DNA from: Haliotis rufescens
Taxonomy: Eukaryota
Assembly: GCF_023055435.1 (NCBI RefSeq)
Contig: NW_025964112.1
Location: 63,984,001 to 64,048,000 of the forward strand
Reading direction: 5' to 3'
Length of the DNA stretch: 64,000 bases
Shown here: in pieces, positions 42,501-54,485 of the stretch
How positions within the stretch are numbered: position 1 is the stretch's first letter
Layout of the letters: every line of letters starts with the position of its first letter
Translations under genes and position numbers: made by a program
Notes under the pieces: generated by a model
What the model saw: the letters and a program-made list of their open reading frames with translations, nothing else
The model's database searches: none
Told to the model about the DNA's origin: nothing

Positions 42501-43802
42501 GTACTTTTTCGATGTTAATGACGTTTATGCATCGCTGTGGTATTCACATTCATGATTTATCATATTAAACCATATAAATGCAAGCGGGGTATTCTTTGCT
42601 GCCTATTTTGAGCTTTATCGACCTATTTTTATCCCCCGCCCAACAAAGTTGGCGGGGGATATAGAAACGGGCTCCGTCCGTCCGTCCGTCACGTTTCGTT
42701 TCCCGAGCATAACTCATACACCGTTCAATATGTTTTCATCAAACTTTGCAGGTCTGTCAGGTACATGCTGAACTGGTGCCTTTTGCTATTTAGAAATTTT
42801 AGAAATTTTTATTTTTTACGTTTCCATGGCAACAAGATGGACTTAGGTTCTGTGAGGGTAGGGTTCGTTTCCGGAGCATAACTCATAAACCGTTCAATAT
42901 TTTTTCATCAAACTTTGCAGGTCTGTCAGGTACATGCTGAACTGGTGCCTTTTGCTATTTAGAAATTTTTATTTTTTACGTTTCCATGGCAACAAGATGG
43001 ACTTAGGTTCTGTGAGGGTAGGGTTCGTTTCCGGAGCATAACTCATAAACCGTTCAATATTTTTTCATCAAACTTTGCAGGTCTGTCAGGTACATGCTGA
43101 ACTGGTGCCTTTTGCTATTTAGAAATTTTAGAATTTTTTATTTTTTACGTTTCCATGGCAGCAAGATGGAATTAGGTCCCAAACTCTTCTTTTTTTACAA
43201 TTTCCATATCAAGTTCCACCTAGGTTAAAAAAGGTTAGGGTTTGTTTAGATTGAATTATGTCATAAATTCTGCAACAGGGGCGGGGGATATAGCCACGTT
43301 AGTGGCAAACTCTTGTTCAAATAGTGATGCTGTCGCATGCGGCTTTATTAGCAGCATCAAATAAACATGGTGGATAGGTGTCCTGTATAATGCATGTGCA
43401 CCCTTTTCATAAGAGGTGCCAGTATCCAAAAATAGTAGAGACTAACGTTTACTCACTGATTCCAAAAGTGTCACCCTCCTCGTTCATGGTTGCGGAAAGG
43501 ATAATCCGATTGACATACATATCGAGGGCATGTTCGTCAACTGGGGGTTTCACTTCGTCTTCATCTAGTGATCCGTCATCATCCTCGCTGTGGTAGGTGA
43601 CAGTGGTAAAATTCCACGACGGAGCCGCGAGGGGAAGTTTCCTTCGAGAGAATAGGGTTGCGTTGCCAGTCGAAAACACGAATGCGTCCGGTTTATCTGG
43701 AGCTGGGTTTTCGTGCGTGTATTCCGTAGACGAGTACCAGTCATACCTGCGCGGAGAGTTGTTTCTGGGTCTCAAAGCGGTGTTTATAATAAAAGCCGCC
43801 AT
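39555..43802 (-). CDS. Uncharacterised 314-aa protein, acidic/basic low-complexity N-half and C-terminal coiled coil, 5 exons
   Basis: Exons 43802-43457, 42179-41939, 41132-41011, 40774-40686, 39701-39555; GT-AG, phases 1,2,1,0, 945 nt without internal stop; aaaATGGCG start; minus-strand AATAAA at 39419-39414. Confidence 0.8.
40071..40572. mobile_element. MITE family B
   Basis: TIR caatcttattaaaatcagat / atctgattttaatgagattg; 10-bp TSD atactgatct. Confidence 0.92.
41561..41830 (-). mobile_element. tRNA-headed SINE, family S4 (internally deleted)
   Basis: Head ggaccgcctccgtgg, B box ggttcgatacc, tail cacctcac; 13-bp TSD tgtcactttttag. Confidence 0.88.
42626..43317 (+). mobile_element. Helentron/DINE-1-like non-autonomous element with three 160-170-bp core repeats
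   Basis: 5' hairpin atcccccgcc-caacaaagtt-ggcgggggat, (GTCC)n, core repeats, subterminal inverted ggcgggggat 43280-43289, 3' stem-loop gccac-gtta-gtggc, ends cttgtt. Confidence 0.88.
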
Positions 43803-43889
43803 TTGTCAATCAAAATATATCTTTGGTAAGCATCTCTATGGACATTGGAAAAAAATCTTTCGGTTGAAACAATAACGTGACTTGCTTTG

Positions 43890-43970
43890 ACACGTGACGT
43901 CATGTTGCCTCGAAACGGCCATTATGACGTCATGCCATTGTGGCGTCATGTTTCGAGTTTTTACGTCATT
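43890..43970 (-). promoter_or_regulatory. CRE/ATF site cluster upstream of the 314-aa gene
   Basis: TGACGTCA at 43895 and 43925; variants TGGCGTCA 43941 and TTACGTCA 43961. Confidence 0.6.
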
Positions 43971-44051
43971 TGTCATTCGTCATCAGTCGCCCCTTTCCGT
44001 AAGCTGCAAGAAGAATCGCTATTCGGCATGTACCGCATTCGTGACCAACTC

Positions 44052-44323
44052 ACGTGACCGGAGTAGAATTGGTCTTCAGCAACCCATACTTGCCGTAAAA
44101 GGCGACTATGCTTGTAGTAAAAGGCGACTAACGGGATCGGGTGGTCAGGCTCGCTGACTTGGTTGATACATGTCATCGATCCCAATTGCGTGGAATCGAT
44201 GCTCATGTTGTCAATCACCGGATTGTCTGGTCCAGGCTCGATTATTTTACAGACCGCCGTCACATAGCTGGAATATTGCTGAGTGCGTTGTTAAACAACA
44301 AACAAACAAACAAACAAACAAAA
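44052..44323 (+). mobile_element. S2 retroposon inserted in the TIR of a deleted family C MITE
   Basis: 12-bp TSD cgtgaccaactc (44040-44051 / 44324-44335), (AAAC)n tail. Confidence 0.85.
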
Positions 44324-45570
44324 CGTGACCAACTCGTGTTATTGCGGTTACGGAAAGGGGCGAGTGGTGACGAATGCTTGTCCCGAAATAACACAATTTG
44401 CTCACGATTGGACTTGTTCACGTATGCAGGTCACGAAGAGGGACGAGTGGTTACGAATGGAATGGTATGTTCAGTCCTGTCCGCTAACCTCGAACCTTTC
44501 CGTAACCGCAACGAAATAGACGATCGTTTTCATATGAGCATTTACGCTGTTGAATTACAATCCGCGACGTCACAAGCATATATAGTAGAAGGTTTTTTTA
44601 CCCGAGTAAATTTAAATACATAAATTGCAAGTGATTTCATGACATTTGATTTGGCTAACCACTAGTAACGAGGCAAACTAGTTTGGCGTTTCTTTCAATT
44701 TTGCTTGGGGTGCATTATAAGAATCAGTTAGGGAAAAAACATAGCGTGTCTTCAATGTAGAGCTAGATTACCTGCAGATTTAACCGCACTGAACTGAATT
44801 TGGAACCGAACGCGGCATCGTAAACCCTTCCCCTAAGTGTGCACATTGTCTTTTTCGTTGATTCCTCCATAATCACATTTTTCTAATATTGAACTTTAAT
44901 TCTTAAATATATTTGGTCTCCTGGCCATGCATTTCTTGAAAAGGCGACCTGTCCTTTGATGCGTTGTTTGTACTCACTGACATAGACATACTGTATCAAA
45001 GTAAAATAAATAGATTGTGACTTTTGATTCACGGTGGAATTTGAATTATTTATCCGTTGTATGCGATTTGTGGTATCAACATACATATCACACCAACTCG
45101 ATGTTTTCGCGCGTTTCTGGGTTTTTAAAATTCAACGAAGTCTCGTAAAATGCCCGTTCTCTATCATCTGATGTCAGACCCAAAATATCCATCCTTCCAT
45201 GACCTGCTTCCATTCATTTTATGTAAGACGCCATGATCATCTATACTGATCGGTGACAATAGCAAGCTCTTGTATACAATTTGCCAGTTTCAAAGATCCA
45301 GTGCCGCAGAAGTAAGGTGTGGCGATAAAATACCCTGGGATTGCTACTGTTTATATACTTGTCAGGCTTGTCAAACTGAAATATAACTTAAATTTCACAT
45401 CTGTATTTTTATTATTTCAATTTTTTTTTATCCTTTTCACATTTATTAAGAAATATACATATCAGAGAAACAACTATGATGCAAAGGAATTGTTGTCGGG
45501 CAACGTGACCCTACGATCACGTGACAGTTGGGGTCACATGACGTTGACTACAAGCACTGCTGGGAGTATA

Positions 45571-46237
45571 CATCTTCCCGAGGCAAGAGAGTTAATTGAC
45601 TTTAAAAGTCCAGTTTCCACCCTTGCCGAACTAGGCTGGAATTCCTGGGTTCTATCGTAGCGCCACCGGTGTCTATTACGAGTCATGTCCCTCCTAAGCA
45701 TCTCCTTTAGACCAATCAGATTCCACCTCTCGTATCACTTGCATTTGCTTCAAACAAAACAGTGGCGCCCAGTCCAGACGATCTGAGTGGATCGATGCTC
45801 ATGATATTAATTACTGGATTGTCTGGTCCAGACTCGATTATTTACAGATCGCCGTCATATAGCTGGAATATTGCTAAGTGCGGCGTTAAACAACAAACCA
45901 ACCAACCAGACGATCTGATCGATAATCAAGGTCTATGCTGTGATAAAACGGGTCTTACATCGCGCAATGCGTGAGCACCTTGATAAAAAACATGAAAAGA
46001 TTTAGAAAATATCTGTTGACAACGAGTTAACAGTGCACATGTTTTGCAAATCCTGCAATCGACGGAAATCCGCATGATAGTTTACGAACCTGATTTCGAT
46101 TTGGTTGCACGCTTTTGATTGGACTATGTATAGACTCGTTAGTGCAGCCAAAATGTAACTCCATAATACCAGCCTAGTTCGGCAAGGGTGGAAACTGAAC
46201 TTTTATAGTCAGTTAACTCCCTTGCCTTAGGGAGATG
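45571..46237. mobile_element. MITE family A containing a 5'-truncated S2 insertion (45787-45905)
   Basis: TIRs as at 28460, TSD ggagtata; nested S2 has 13-bp TSD ccagacgatctga. Confidence 0.9.
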
Positions 46238-46253
46238 GGAGTATAAGGATGTG

Positions 46254-46513
46254 TTTGTTTGTTTGTATGTTGTTTAACGCCGCACTCAGCAATATATGAC
46301 GTCGGTCTGTAAATAATTGAGTCTGGACCAGACAATACAGTGATTGATATCATGAGCATCGATCCACGCAATTGGGATTGATGACATGCATCAACCAAGT
46401 CAGCGAGCCTGACCACCCGATCCCGTTAGTCGCCTCTTACGACAAGCATAGTCGCCCGTTACAGCAATCGTGGGTTACTGAAGACCTATTCTACCCCGGA
46501 TCTTCACGGGTCC
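46254..46513 (-). mobile_element. S2 retroposon (full length)
   Basis: 12-bp TSD tataaggatgtg. Confidence 0.9.
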
Positions 46514-46999
46514 TATAAGGATGTGATATATATTGATACCACACACTGCGTTTGAGTGGATATGATATCACTGTGTGGATATTGATGTCATACATAGACT
46601 CCATATGGGGAATCAAGCCACGGCGTTCGGAAACACATAACCAGCCGTGGCGTGCAGTCTGTAAAACAACATCGACAGTACCCGGATGACAAGAGCAGTC
46701 AGTCGAGTCCGGGGTGTTAAACAGTCTGTGTGTGTCGGGTGTTTGACGAAATTGATTAACATATATGGCTAATACTTTCTGACGCTAGTTTCAGCGTTTC
46801 ATTTGTACAAAACAATAAAAAAACTAAACAAGTCTCTTAGTAGAAAGATATTAAATAATAAACATATCTTTAATTTTCTACACCCCAATAATTTGTTTAT
46901 TTATTTTAATGATTATGTAAAATGTTGGCCATTACATGATTGCTTATGTGGCAAGCATTTATTAATTCATTTTTTAATTATTCTAAAATTGTCTAAGCG

Positions 47000-47220
47000 T
47001 GTTGGGCGGTCTGGTAACCTTGTTGTTAAGTGTTCGCCCCTCACACCAAAGGCCCGTGTTTGATTCCTACGTGGGTACAATTTTTGAAACTCATTTCTTG
47101 TGTGATATTGCTAAAGGCGGCGTAAATCTCTACTCACTCACTCACTCACTCACTCACTCACTCACTCACTCACTCACTCACTCACTCACTCACTCACTCA
47201 CTCACTCACTCACTCACTCA
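47000..47220 (+). mobile_element. Degenerate S3 SINE with expanded (CACT)n tail
   Basis: Decayed tRNA-like head, atattgctaaaggcggcgtaaa tail, (tcac)n 47133-47220. Confidence 0.7.
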
Positions 47221-47352
47221 AGCGGTGTGAACCCTTGTTAACGGCCATGTTGTGCTCATGGTCCGACTCTGATCTACACCCCTGTTAATTTTGTTCCGGT
47301 GCTTGCAACCAATGTGTGTGAACGATCCTACAAATGCCTCTATTCCAATAAG

Positions 47353-47680
47353 AGGTGAGGTGAAATGGGTTTTAACGTCGCGTCCATGATTATTGCACTT
47401 ATATAGCGACGTGCATGCACGTACGCGCACGCGCGCGTGTGTTTGTGTGTGGCTGCTTTTACTAGTTCGGACTGATGCCGATTTATCGTGCTAGCCAATT
47501 GAGGTACCATGCCGCAGTTTAACATGAATACCCCTCTCAGACACAGTTTACTGACTCCGAGCAATCCAGTCCTTGTTTTAGCCTAATGTCCAGCGCCATT
47601 TTGGTATGACGCGGCCGGAGATCGAACCCCGGACCTTACGCTCTCCGGGCGGACGCTCTACCACTAGACCAAGGAGGCAT
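47353..47680 (-). mobile_element. S4 SINE
   Basis: Homologous to 48967-49322; TSD attccaataaga. Confidence 0.85.
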
Positions 47681-47840
47681 TCCATTCCAATAAGAACCAA
47701 TGTGTGTGAACGATCCTAACAATGCCTCTATTCCAATAGGAACCTTCATGCTATAACCATACAACTGATAAAATGAAGAAGTTGAATATATCTATGGCTG
47801 TGATAGCCTCATGAGGTAATTGTAGTTAGTTAAAATTTGA

Positions 47841-48040
47841 GACTATGCTTGTCGTAAGAGGCGACTAACGGGATCGGGTGGTCAGGTTCACTGACTTGGT
47901 TGATGCATGTCAGCAATCCCAATTGCGTGGATCGATGCTCATGACGTCAATCACCGTATTGTCTGTTCCAGACTTGATTATTTACAGACCGCCGTCATAT
48001 AGCTGGAATAGTGCTGAGTGCGGCGTAAAACAACAAACAT
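47841..48040 (+). mobile_element. 5'-truncated S2 retroposon
   Basis: gactatgcttgtcgtaagaggcgactaac...gagtgcggcgtaaaacaacaaac. Confidence 0.85.
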
Positions 48041-48966
48041 TTAACGTCGACCCGGCATTATTTCAACCATACAGCGACGAGAACAAGTTAGGTAAATATA
48101 GAAACACAGTTCATAATCCGCGTAAATCTACGCAAGTTTCACGGAGTTTATGTCATGGCGCTTTGTCTGTCGTCCGTCCGTCGGTCACATGTATATTTTG
48201 TAATCTGAAACCGCCAATCCTTTGTGGCGTAACATGTGTGTTTCATATCTTTGGAAATACCGTGCTTTCTCCTCCACTGACACCATCATAAACCTACCTG
48301 TGTCCCATATCCGACAGATCCTCTCAAGGCCTGGGTTTATAAGTAGAACCTGTGCGTTAACGATCCCACGATTCCCAGCAACCACATCCCTGGGAAGTGC
48401 TCAGCTAATTCTAAATGCGATATGCATGGAGTAGACTAAGTATGTTGTGAGCACAGTAACGGGTGTAAGATTTACCAAGTGGTTCATGACCTTTGACCTT
48501 CACGTACCTCTCTACCTATTCATCTAGTAATACATATATGCCCTATGAAACCACTGGAGTTGTGAAGATATATATATGTTCATACCCAATGGTCGTCGCC
48601 ACTCGAAATAGAATCACGAAATATCACGATTACTTATTAACGAAGACAGACGCATGTGTGAAAACAAGTGAAAACAAACCATTCCGCCGATTAGGAATTT
48701 TACCTACAGTTATTCATGGGCGGATACAGAGGGGGGGGGGGGGGGGGGGGGGATGCGGGGGTACAATCCGGGTCAGGACCGACAGTCATGTGACTGCGAG
48801 TGGCTGTATCTTCATTGTAACATATCATGTATGGAGTAAATAAAACAACGGGAATGACATGCAACCTGGAAAATATATATTTTCTGCTGATATCTATACT
48901 ATTGATACGACCCAGCCCAAGCGAAAGGCTTAACTTGCGAAAACTCTTGCATCTGTCAAGGACAGG

Positions 48967-49322
48967 GTGAGGTGAGGTGAAATGGGGTTTAACGTCGCGT
49001 CCAAGATCATTGCACTTATATAGCGACGTGCATGCATGTGTGTGTGTTTGTGTGGCTGCTTGTACTAGTCCGGACTGATGCTGATTTATAGTGCTAGCTC
49101 ACTGAGATACCATGCCGCAGTTTAACATGAATACCCCACTCATACACAGTATACTGACTCCGAGCCGACCAGTCCTTGTTTTAGCTCCTCAATGCCGAGC
49201 GCCAGACAGGGCAACAACGAGTACCATCTTTTAAAGTCTTTTGGTATGACGCGGTCGGGGATCGAACCCCGGACCTTCCGCTCTCCGGGCGGTCGCTCTA
49301 CCACTGGACCACGGAGGCGGTC
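48967..49322 (-). mobile_element. S4 SINE (full length)
   Basis: Minus-strand A box tggtccagtgg, B box ggttcgatccc, (CACCT)n tail, flanking ggacaggg duplication. Confidence 0.9.
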
Positions 49323-50171
49323 CAATTGGACAGGGGAGAACGTCACAGCAAGGCGACTCGCCACCAGACACGATGTTGTTACAGACGATCAAAAGTCGTT
49401 TTCGTGCGAAAGAACTCTTTGTGCAACCGGGCCGTGGCTGTTCAACAAATTAAAGATATATTGGCAGGAAGGAGTATTCCAGCCATGTGACGACGAGCCT
49501 GACCACCCAATCCCGTTAGTCGTCCCTTGCGACGAGCACAAGTCACTCAAGACCAATTCTAATCCGTATCTTCACGGGTCACTAACAAAGTGGTCTTAGC
49601 AGTAATTAAGACTGTCGTTAGTGTATGCTATTATCATGGAATTACAACAGCCGTGCTAATATAATCGCTTTGTAGTTCTCAAGCAAAGTGGTCTTAGTAG
49701 AATTAAGTCTGTCGTAAGCTTATGCTATTATCATTGAATTACTACGGTAAGTTAATCCGCCAACGATCTAGCAACAGAGACCGCTCTGTGAATACGGGCC
49801 TCAAAGTGAAAGGGTCACGGTGGGTGCCGAACTGTATACAACTATTCACGGCTCCTGAATGATAGAACATATTGTTATCAAATGCCTCTCTCTATCATAA
49901 CACACACACATACTCCAACCCGACAAGCGGACTTATAGAAGTCACAACCCGGCTTTAGTCGTGACTGCCACACATATTGTACGGAGAGCTTTTCTGTCAA
50001 CACGCGCTTTGTCACCCCTTAGCAACGCCTGACGCCGGGACGCCATTTTGGATCAATGCAGTTCAAGTCAAGACGGGGTGAACGAAAGATTGATTCAACA
50101 TGATGTTGAAATATGTCATAATACGGCAGTAGGGCTGCAGCTAGAACGGCGACGCAACAACAGCATTTAGG

Positions 50172-50677
50172 ATGTGTCGGTGGGGATGTACGACTACGAG
50201 CACGGTGAGTTGGGGTAAAGAGGAGGATATATCCCCGTGTTATAATCGTGTTATCGCACTATCACTAGTCACCCGTCACTGACGGGTCACACTCCACCAC
50301 TGATTGCCCGGGAGATGAGACACAGCACGCGAGACAACGACGAATGCCTGTGTGTTTTGTCCAAGACTTGTATTACATGCACGGTTTACAGTAGCAATAT
50401 CTCTGCTGTAGTTATCTTTCTCGTCTCAATCAGCCGCTGATTGTCGTATACGATATTGTATATTTTGACACAAAGACAGCATGACGTGCCTACGTGTATG
50501 ACTGCTGTGGGGAGACATTTAAAGGGTGTAACCCCAACTTCTAAATAAAACTGTGCAGCTGACATCGATACCACGGTATACTATTGGTAGTTTCTTCAGA
50601 CGTAACGAAATGAGAAAGTTTTAAATTTAAATTATTATTTTAAGCCGTGTTTATTCAAATTACCCGACTCCCTTATC

Positions 50678-50708
<31 letters not shown>

Positions 50709-52655
50709 GTTAATACAGTATTTTAGGCATCAAGGCCGATAGTACAATGCAGATTGGATATTAACATTGTCACGTGATGTACATGATCAGATTTTAAATC
50801 AAGTTACACATTCCTCATTTTAAAGACATGTTTTAAGAATACAGAAGCAGCATGGATCATATCAGGATTTTCAGAGTTTAGCAGATTTATCATTAACTGA
50901 CGGTCTTTAGACATATTTCTTTCGTATATGTGGCCATGAGATCGTAGGAAAGTTCGTCGTGGAGCACCACTTGTAAGCTGTAACTGGATAGATGTACACA
51001 TTTTTATTTATATTCAATGTATCATTTTTCTTTCAAAATATCTTATAAACAGAAACTGCAAGTCTCAGAAGAATGTGGCTATTTTTGGTGTTCATAACTG
51101 TACACGTTTTCTTTGTGTTGGATACGTCTAATTATAGTTAGGCAGGAATTTATATCTTCATATCCTGGACATATTAATAAAACATGGTATTCATAGTCTT
51201 GGTAATATTTGCAGTTAAGACACATCGGTGTTAAAACATCATTATCTTTGGAATGTCTGTATAACTGTATATATAGACTCCCTTATAACTTGCCCATGGA
51301 AGGCAGGACTTGTTGGAAGGTAAACTACGTGTGTGAAGACTGATTGTCTGGTAAGGTAAACTACGTGTGTGAAGACTGATTGTCTGGTAAGGTAAACTAC
51401 GTGTGTGAAGACTGATTGTCTGGTAAGGTAAACTACGTGTGTGAAGACTGATTGTCTGGTAAGGTAAACTACGCGTGTGAAGACTGATTGTCTGGTAAGG
51501 TAAACTACGTGTGCGAAGACTGATTGTCTGGTAAGGTAAACTACGCGTGTGAAGACTGATTGTCTGGTAAGGTAAACTACGTGTGTGAAGACTGATTGTC
51601 TGGTAAGGTAAACTACCTGCGTGAAAACTGATTGTCTGGTAAGGTAAACTACGTGCGTGAAGACTGATTGTCTGGTAAGGTAAACTACGTGTGTGAAGAC
51701 TGATTGTCTGGTAAGGTAAACTACGTGTGTGAAGACTGATTGTCTGGTAAGGTAAACTACGCGTGTGAAGACTGATTGTCTGGTAAGGTAAACTACGTGT
51801 GTGAAGACTGATTGTCTGGTAAGGTAAACTACGTGTGTGAAGACTGATTGTCTGGTAAGGTAAACTACCTGCGTGAAAACTGATTGTCTGGTAAGGTAAA
51901 CTACGTGCGTGAAGACTGATTGTCTGGTAAGGTAAACTACGTGTGTGAAGACTGATTGTCTGGTAAGGTAAACTACGTGTGTGAAGACTGATTGTCTGGT
52001 AAGGTAAACTACGCGTGTGAAGACTGATTGTCTGGTAAGGTAAACTACGTGTGTGAAGACTGATTGTCTGGTAAGGTAAACTACGTGTGTGAAGACTGAT
52101 TGTCTGGTAAGGTAAACTACGTGTGTGAAGACTGATTGTCTGGTAAGGTAAACTACGTGTGTGAAGACTGATTGTCTGGTAAGGTAAACTACGTGCGTGA
52201 AGACTGATTGTCTGGTAAGGTAAACTACATGTGTGAAGACTGATTGTCTGGAAAGGTACACTACGTGTGTGAAGACTGATTGTCTGGTAAGGTAAACTGC
52301 GTGTTTGAAGACTGATTGTTTATAACTGTGTAACAGATAAATAGTCTGTTTAAACTGACCAGTCACAAGGAACAGCCATGTCGTCCTACGGGGAATGTCC
52401 TCACTCATTCACTCCTGTCAACATATCCCTACTCAATCACAGCTCTCACAGCTCACGCAGCACATTGAACCATGCGTGACTTACAACCTCAGGTTATTGA
52501 TTACATCGGCCAGTGTATGTGTACGCAAACCCCGCTTTCAAATTAAACAAAAAGTTTGAACAATTAACAGTTCGAGGTGGCCACATTCCTGTATTCTTAT
52601 GACGCACTCGGGTTCTCAATAACATCACCCCATCTATATATATATATCGATATAT

Positions 52656-52686
<31 letters not shown>

Positions 52687-54485
52687 GCATTCCTGATGTC
52701 TGTTCGAATGACTGAATAACAAGACGCAGTAAGATTATTTTGCTTCTTACTTTACTTTTTACAGAATTCAAACATTGTCGAATTAATTGTAAGTTTTTAT
52801 TTTCATGATGCATGTGTATGTATAAATAAAGAGGGCCAGAAATTCATACCGGCTAGTACCAGGTTTTATAATAGGTATTGTGATTAATAATTGTTGAGTA
52901 TTTATTTGGTGCCACATTTAATACTAAATACGTTTGTGATGCTCGTATTTATTCGTATGTGTTTTTATCAATATGCGGAGACCTTGTGTTGATGTAATCC
53001 AAATTTATTTTGGGACAATAAAACGTCATCTCATCATATGTTTGAATAATGTGATAATAATGCTCGTGGGTATCTCGAGCAACACGACGTCACTGCTGTC
53101 ACACTCCTCGTTTGTTGTGTCGCAGACCTACCAGTGCAAGTGGTGTGGTACCCGCTTCTGCAAGGAATGTCTGCGAGGGGACTTCTATGGGGAGATGTTC
53201 GAGCCGGGCAAGTGTCGCAGGTGCAACCAGGTGAGGCGATTACAAGTTTTACCAGGTGGGGGAGTATAAGTATTACCAGTTGGGGGAGTATAAGTGTTAC
53301 CAGAGGTAGTATAAGTGTTACCAGGTAGTAGTATAAGTGTTACCAGGTGGGGTAGTATAAGTGTTGCCAGGTGGGTGGAGTATAAGTGTTACCAGGTGAG
53401 TGGAGTATAAGTGTTACCAGGTGGGGTAGTATAAGAGTTACCAGGTGGGGTAGTATAAGTGTTACCAGGTGAGGCGATTACAAGTGTTGCCAGGTGGGGT
53501 AGTATAAGTGTTACCAGGTGAGGCGATTACAAGTGTTACCAGGTGGGGGAGAATAAGTGTTACCAGGTGGGGGAGAATAAGTGTTACCAGGTGGGGGAGT
53601 ATAAGTGTTACCAGGTGGGGTAGTATAAGTGTTACCATTTAGGGGAGTATATGTGTTACCAGGTGGGGCAATATAAGTGTTGCCAGGTGGGGTAGTATAA
53701 GTGTTACCAGGTGAGTGGAGTATAAATGTTACCAGGTGAGTGGAGTATAAGTGTTACCAGGTGAGTGGAGTGTAAGTGTTACCAGGTGAGTGTAGTATAA
53801 GTGTTACCAGGTGAGTGGAGTGTAAGTGTTACCAGGTGAGTGGAGTATAAGTGTTACCAGGTGAGTGGAGTATAAGTGTTACCAGGTGAGTCGAGTATAA
53901 ATGTTACCAGGTGAGTGGAGTATAAGTGTTACCAGGTGAGTGGAGTATAAGTGTTACCAGGTGAGTGGAGTATAAGTGTTACCAGGTGAGTGGAGTATAA
54001 GTGTTACCAGTTGAGTGGAGTATAAATGTTACCAGGTGAGTGGAGTATAAGTGTTACCAGGTGAGTGGAGTATAAGTGTTACCAGGTGAGTGGAGTATAA
54101 GTGTTACCAGTTGAGTGGAGTTAAAATGTTACCAGGTGAGTGGAGTATACATTTTACCATTGTGCAACTAGACAGGTGAGGTGTGCAACGAGACGTAATT
54201 TGTATTTGTCACACATGTTGCCTGGTATCGATAAAAGTCCGTGCGACTTATATTCTTTTCATATTTGTTTAGAAAAGATGTCAAGGCATCCGTGTGGAGT
54301 ACGTGCCCCGACCCCCCCAGGAGGACGCCGGCGAGAAAGGGAGGGGAAAGGGGAGTGCGGCCGACAGGAGTCGCAGCAAAAGTCCTTCTAAAAAGGGAGG
54401 GAAAGTCGCAAAAACGTCTGGCAGCAAAAAGGGCGGGAAAAAATCAGGGAAGAAAGGCGGGAAAAAGAAAAAGAAGAAGAAGTGA
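50172..54485 (+). CDS. Uncharacterised small Cys-rich (zinc-finger-like) protein with Lys/Gly-rich tail, up to 159 aa; 5' exons uncertain
   Basis: Well supported exons 53126-53230 (TYQCKWCGTRFCKECLRGDFYGEMFEPGKCRRCNQ) and 54273-54485 (KRCQGIRVEYVP...GGKKKKKKK*). Candidate upstream phase-0 exons 50172-50204, 51215-51319 (alternative start ATG 51296) and 24-nt microexon 52765-52788. YY1-like cgccatttt at 50041. Confidence 0.65.
51319..52320 (+). repeat. 36-bp minisatellite (about 28 copies) starting at a candidate splice donor
   Basis: Unit ggtaaactacgtgtgtgaagactgattgtctggtaa; 7-unit (252-bp) higher-order duplication. Confidence 0.97.
53226..54160 (+). repeat. 24-25-bp minisatellite (about 37 copies) starting at a splice donor
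   Basis: Unit accaggtgagtggagtataagtgtt and variants. Confidence 0.96.

Noticed and set aside
49240-49322. tRNA-like sequences (also near 33270-33336, 59404 and 61968)
   Set aside because: They are SINE heads attached to bodies, tails and TSDs; no complete cloverleaf
51242-52408. 388-aa minus-strand ORF (LTRQSVFTHVVY)n
   Set aside because: Translation of the 36-bp array, antisense to the intron of the small + strand gene
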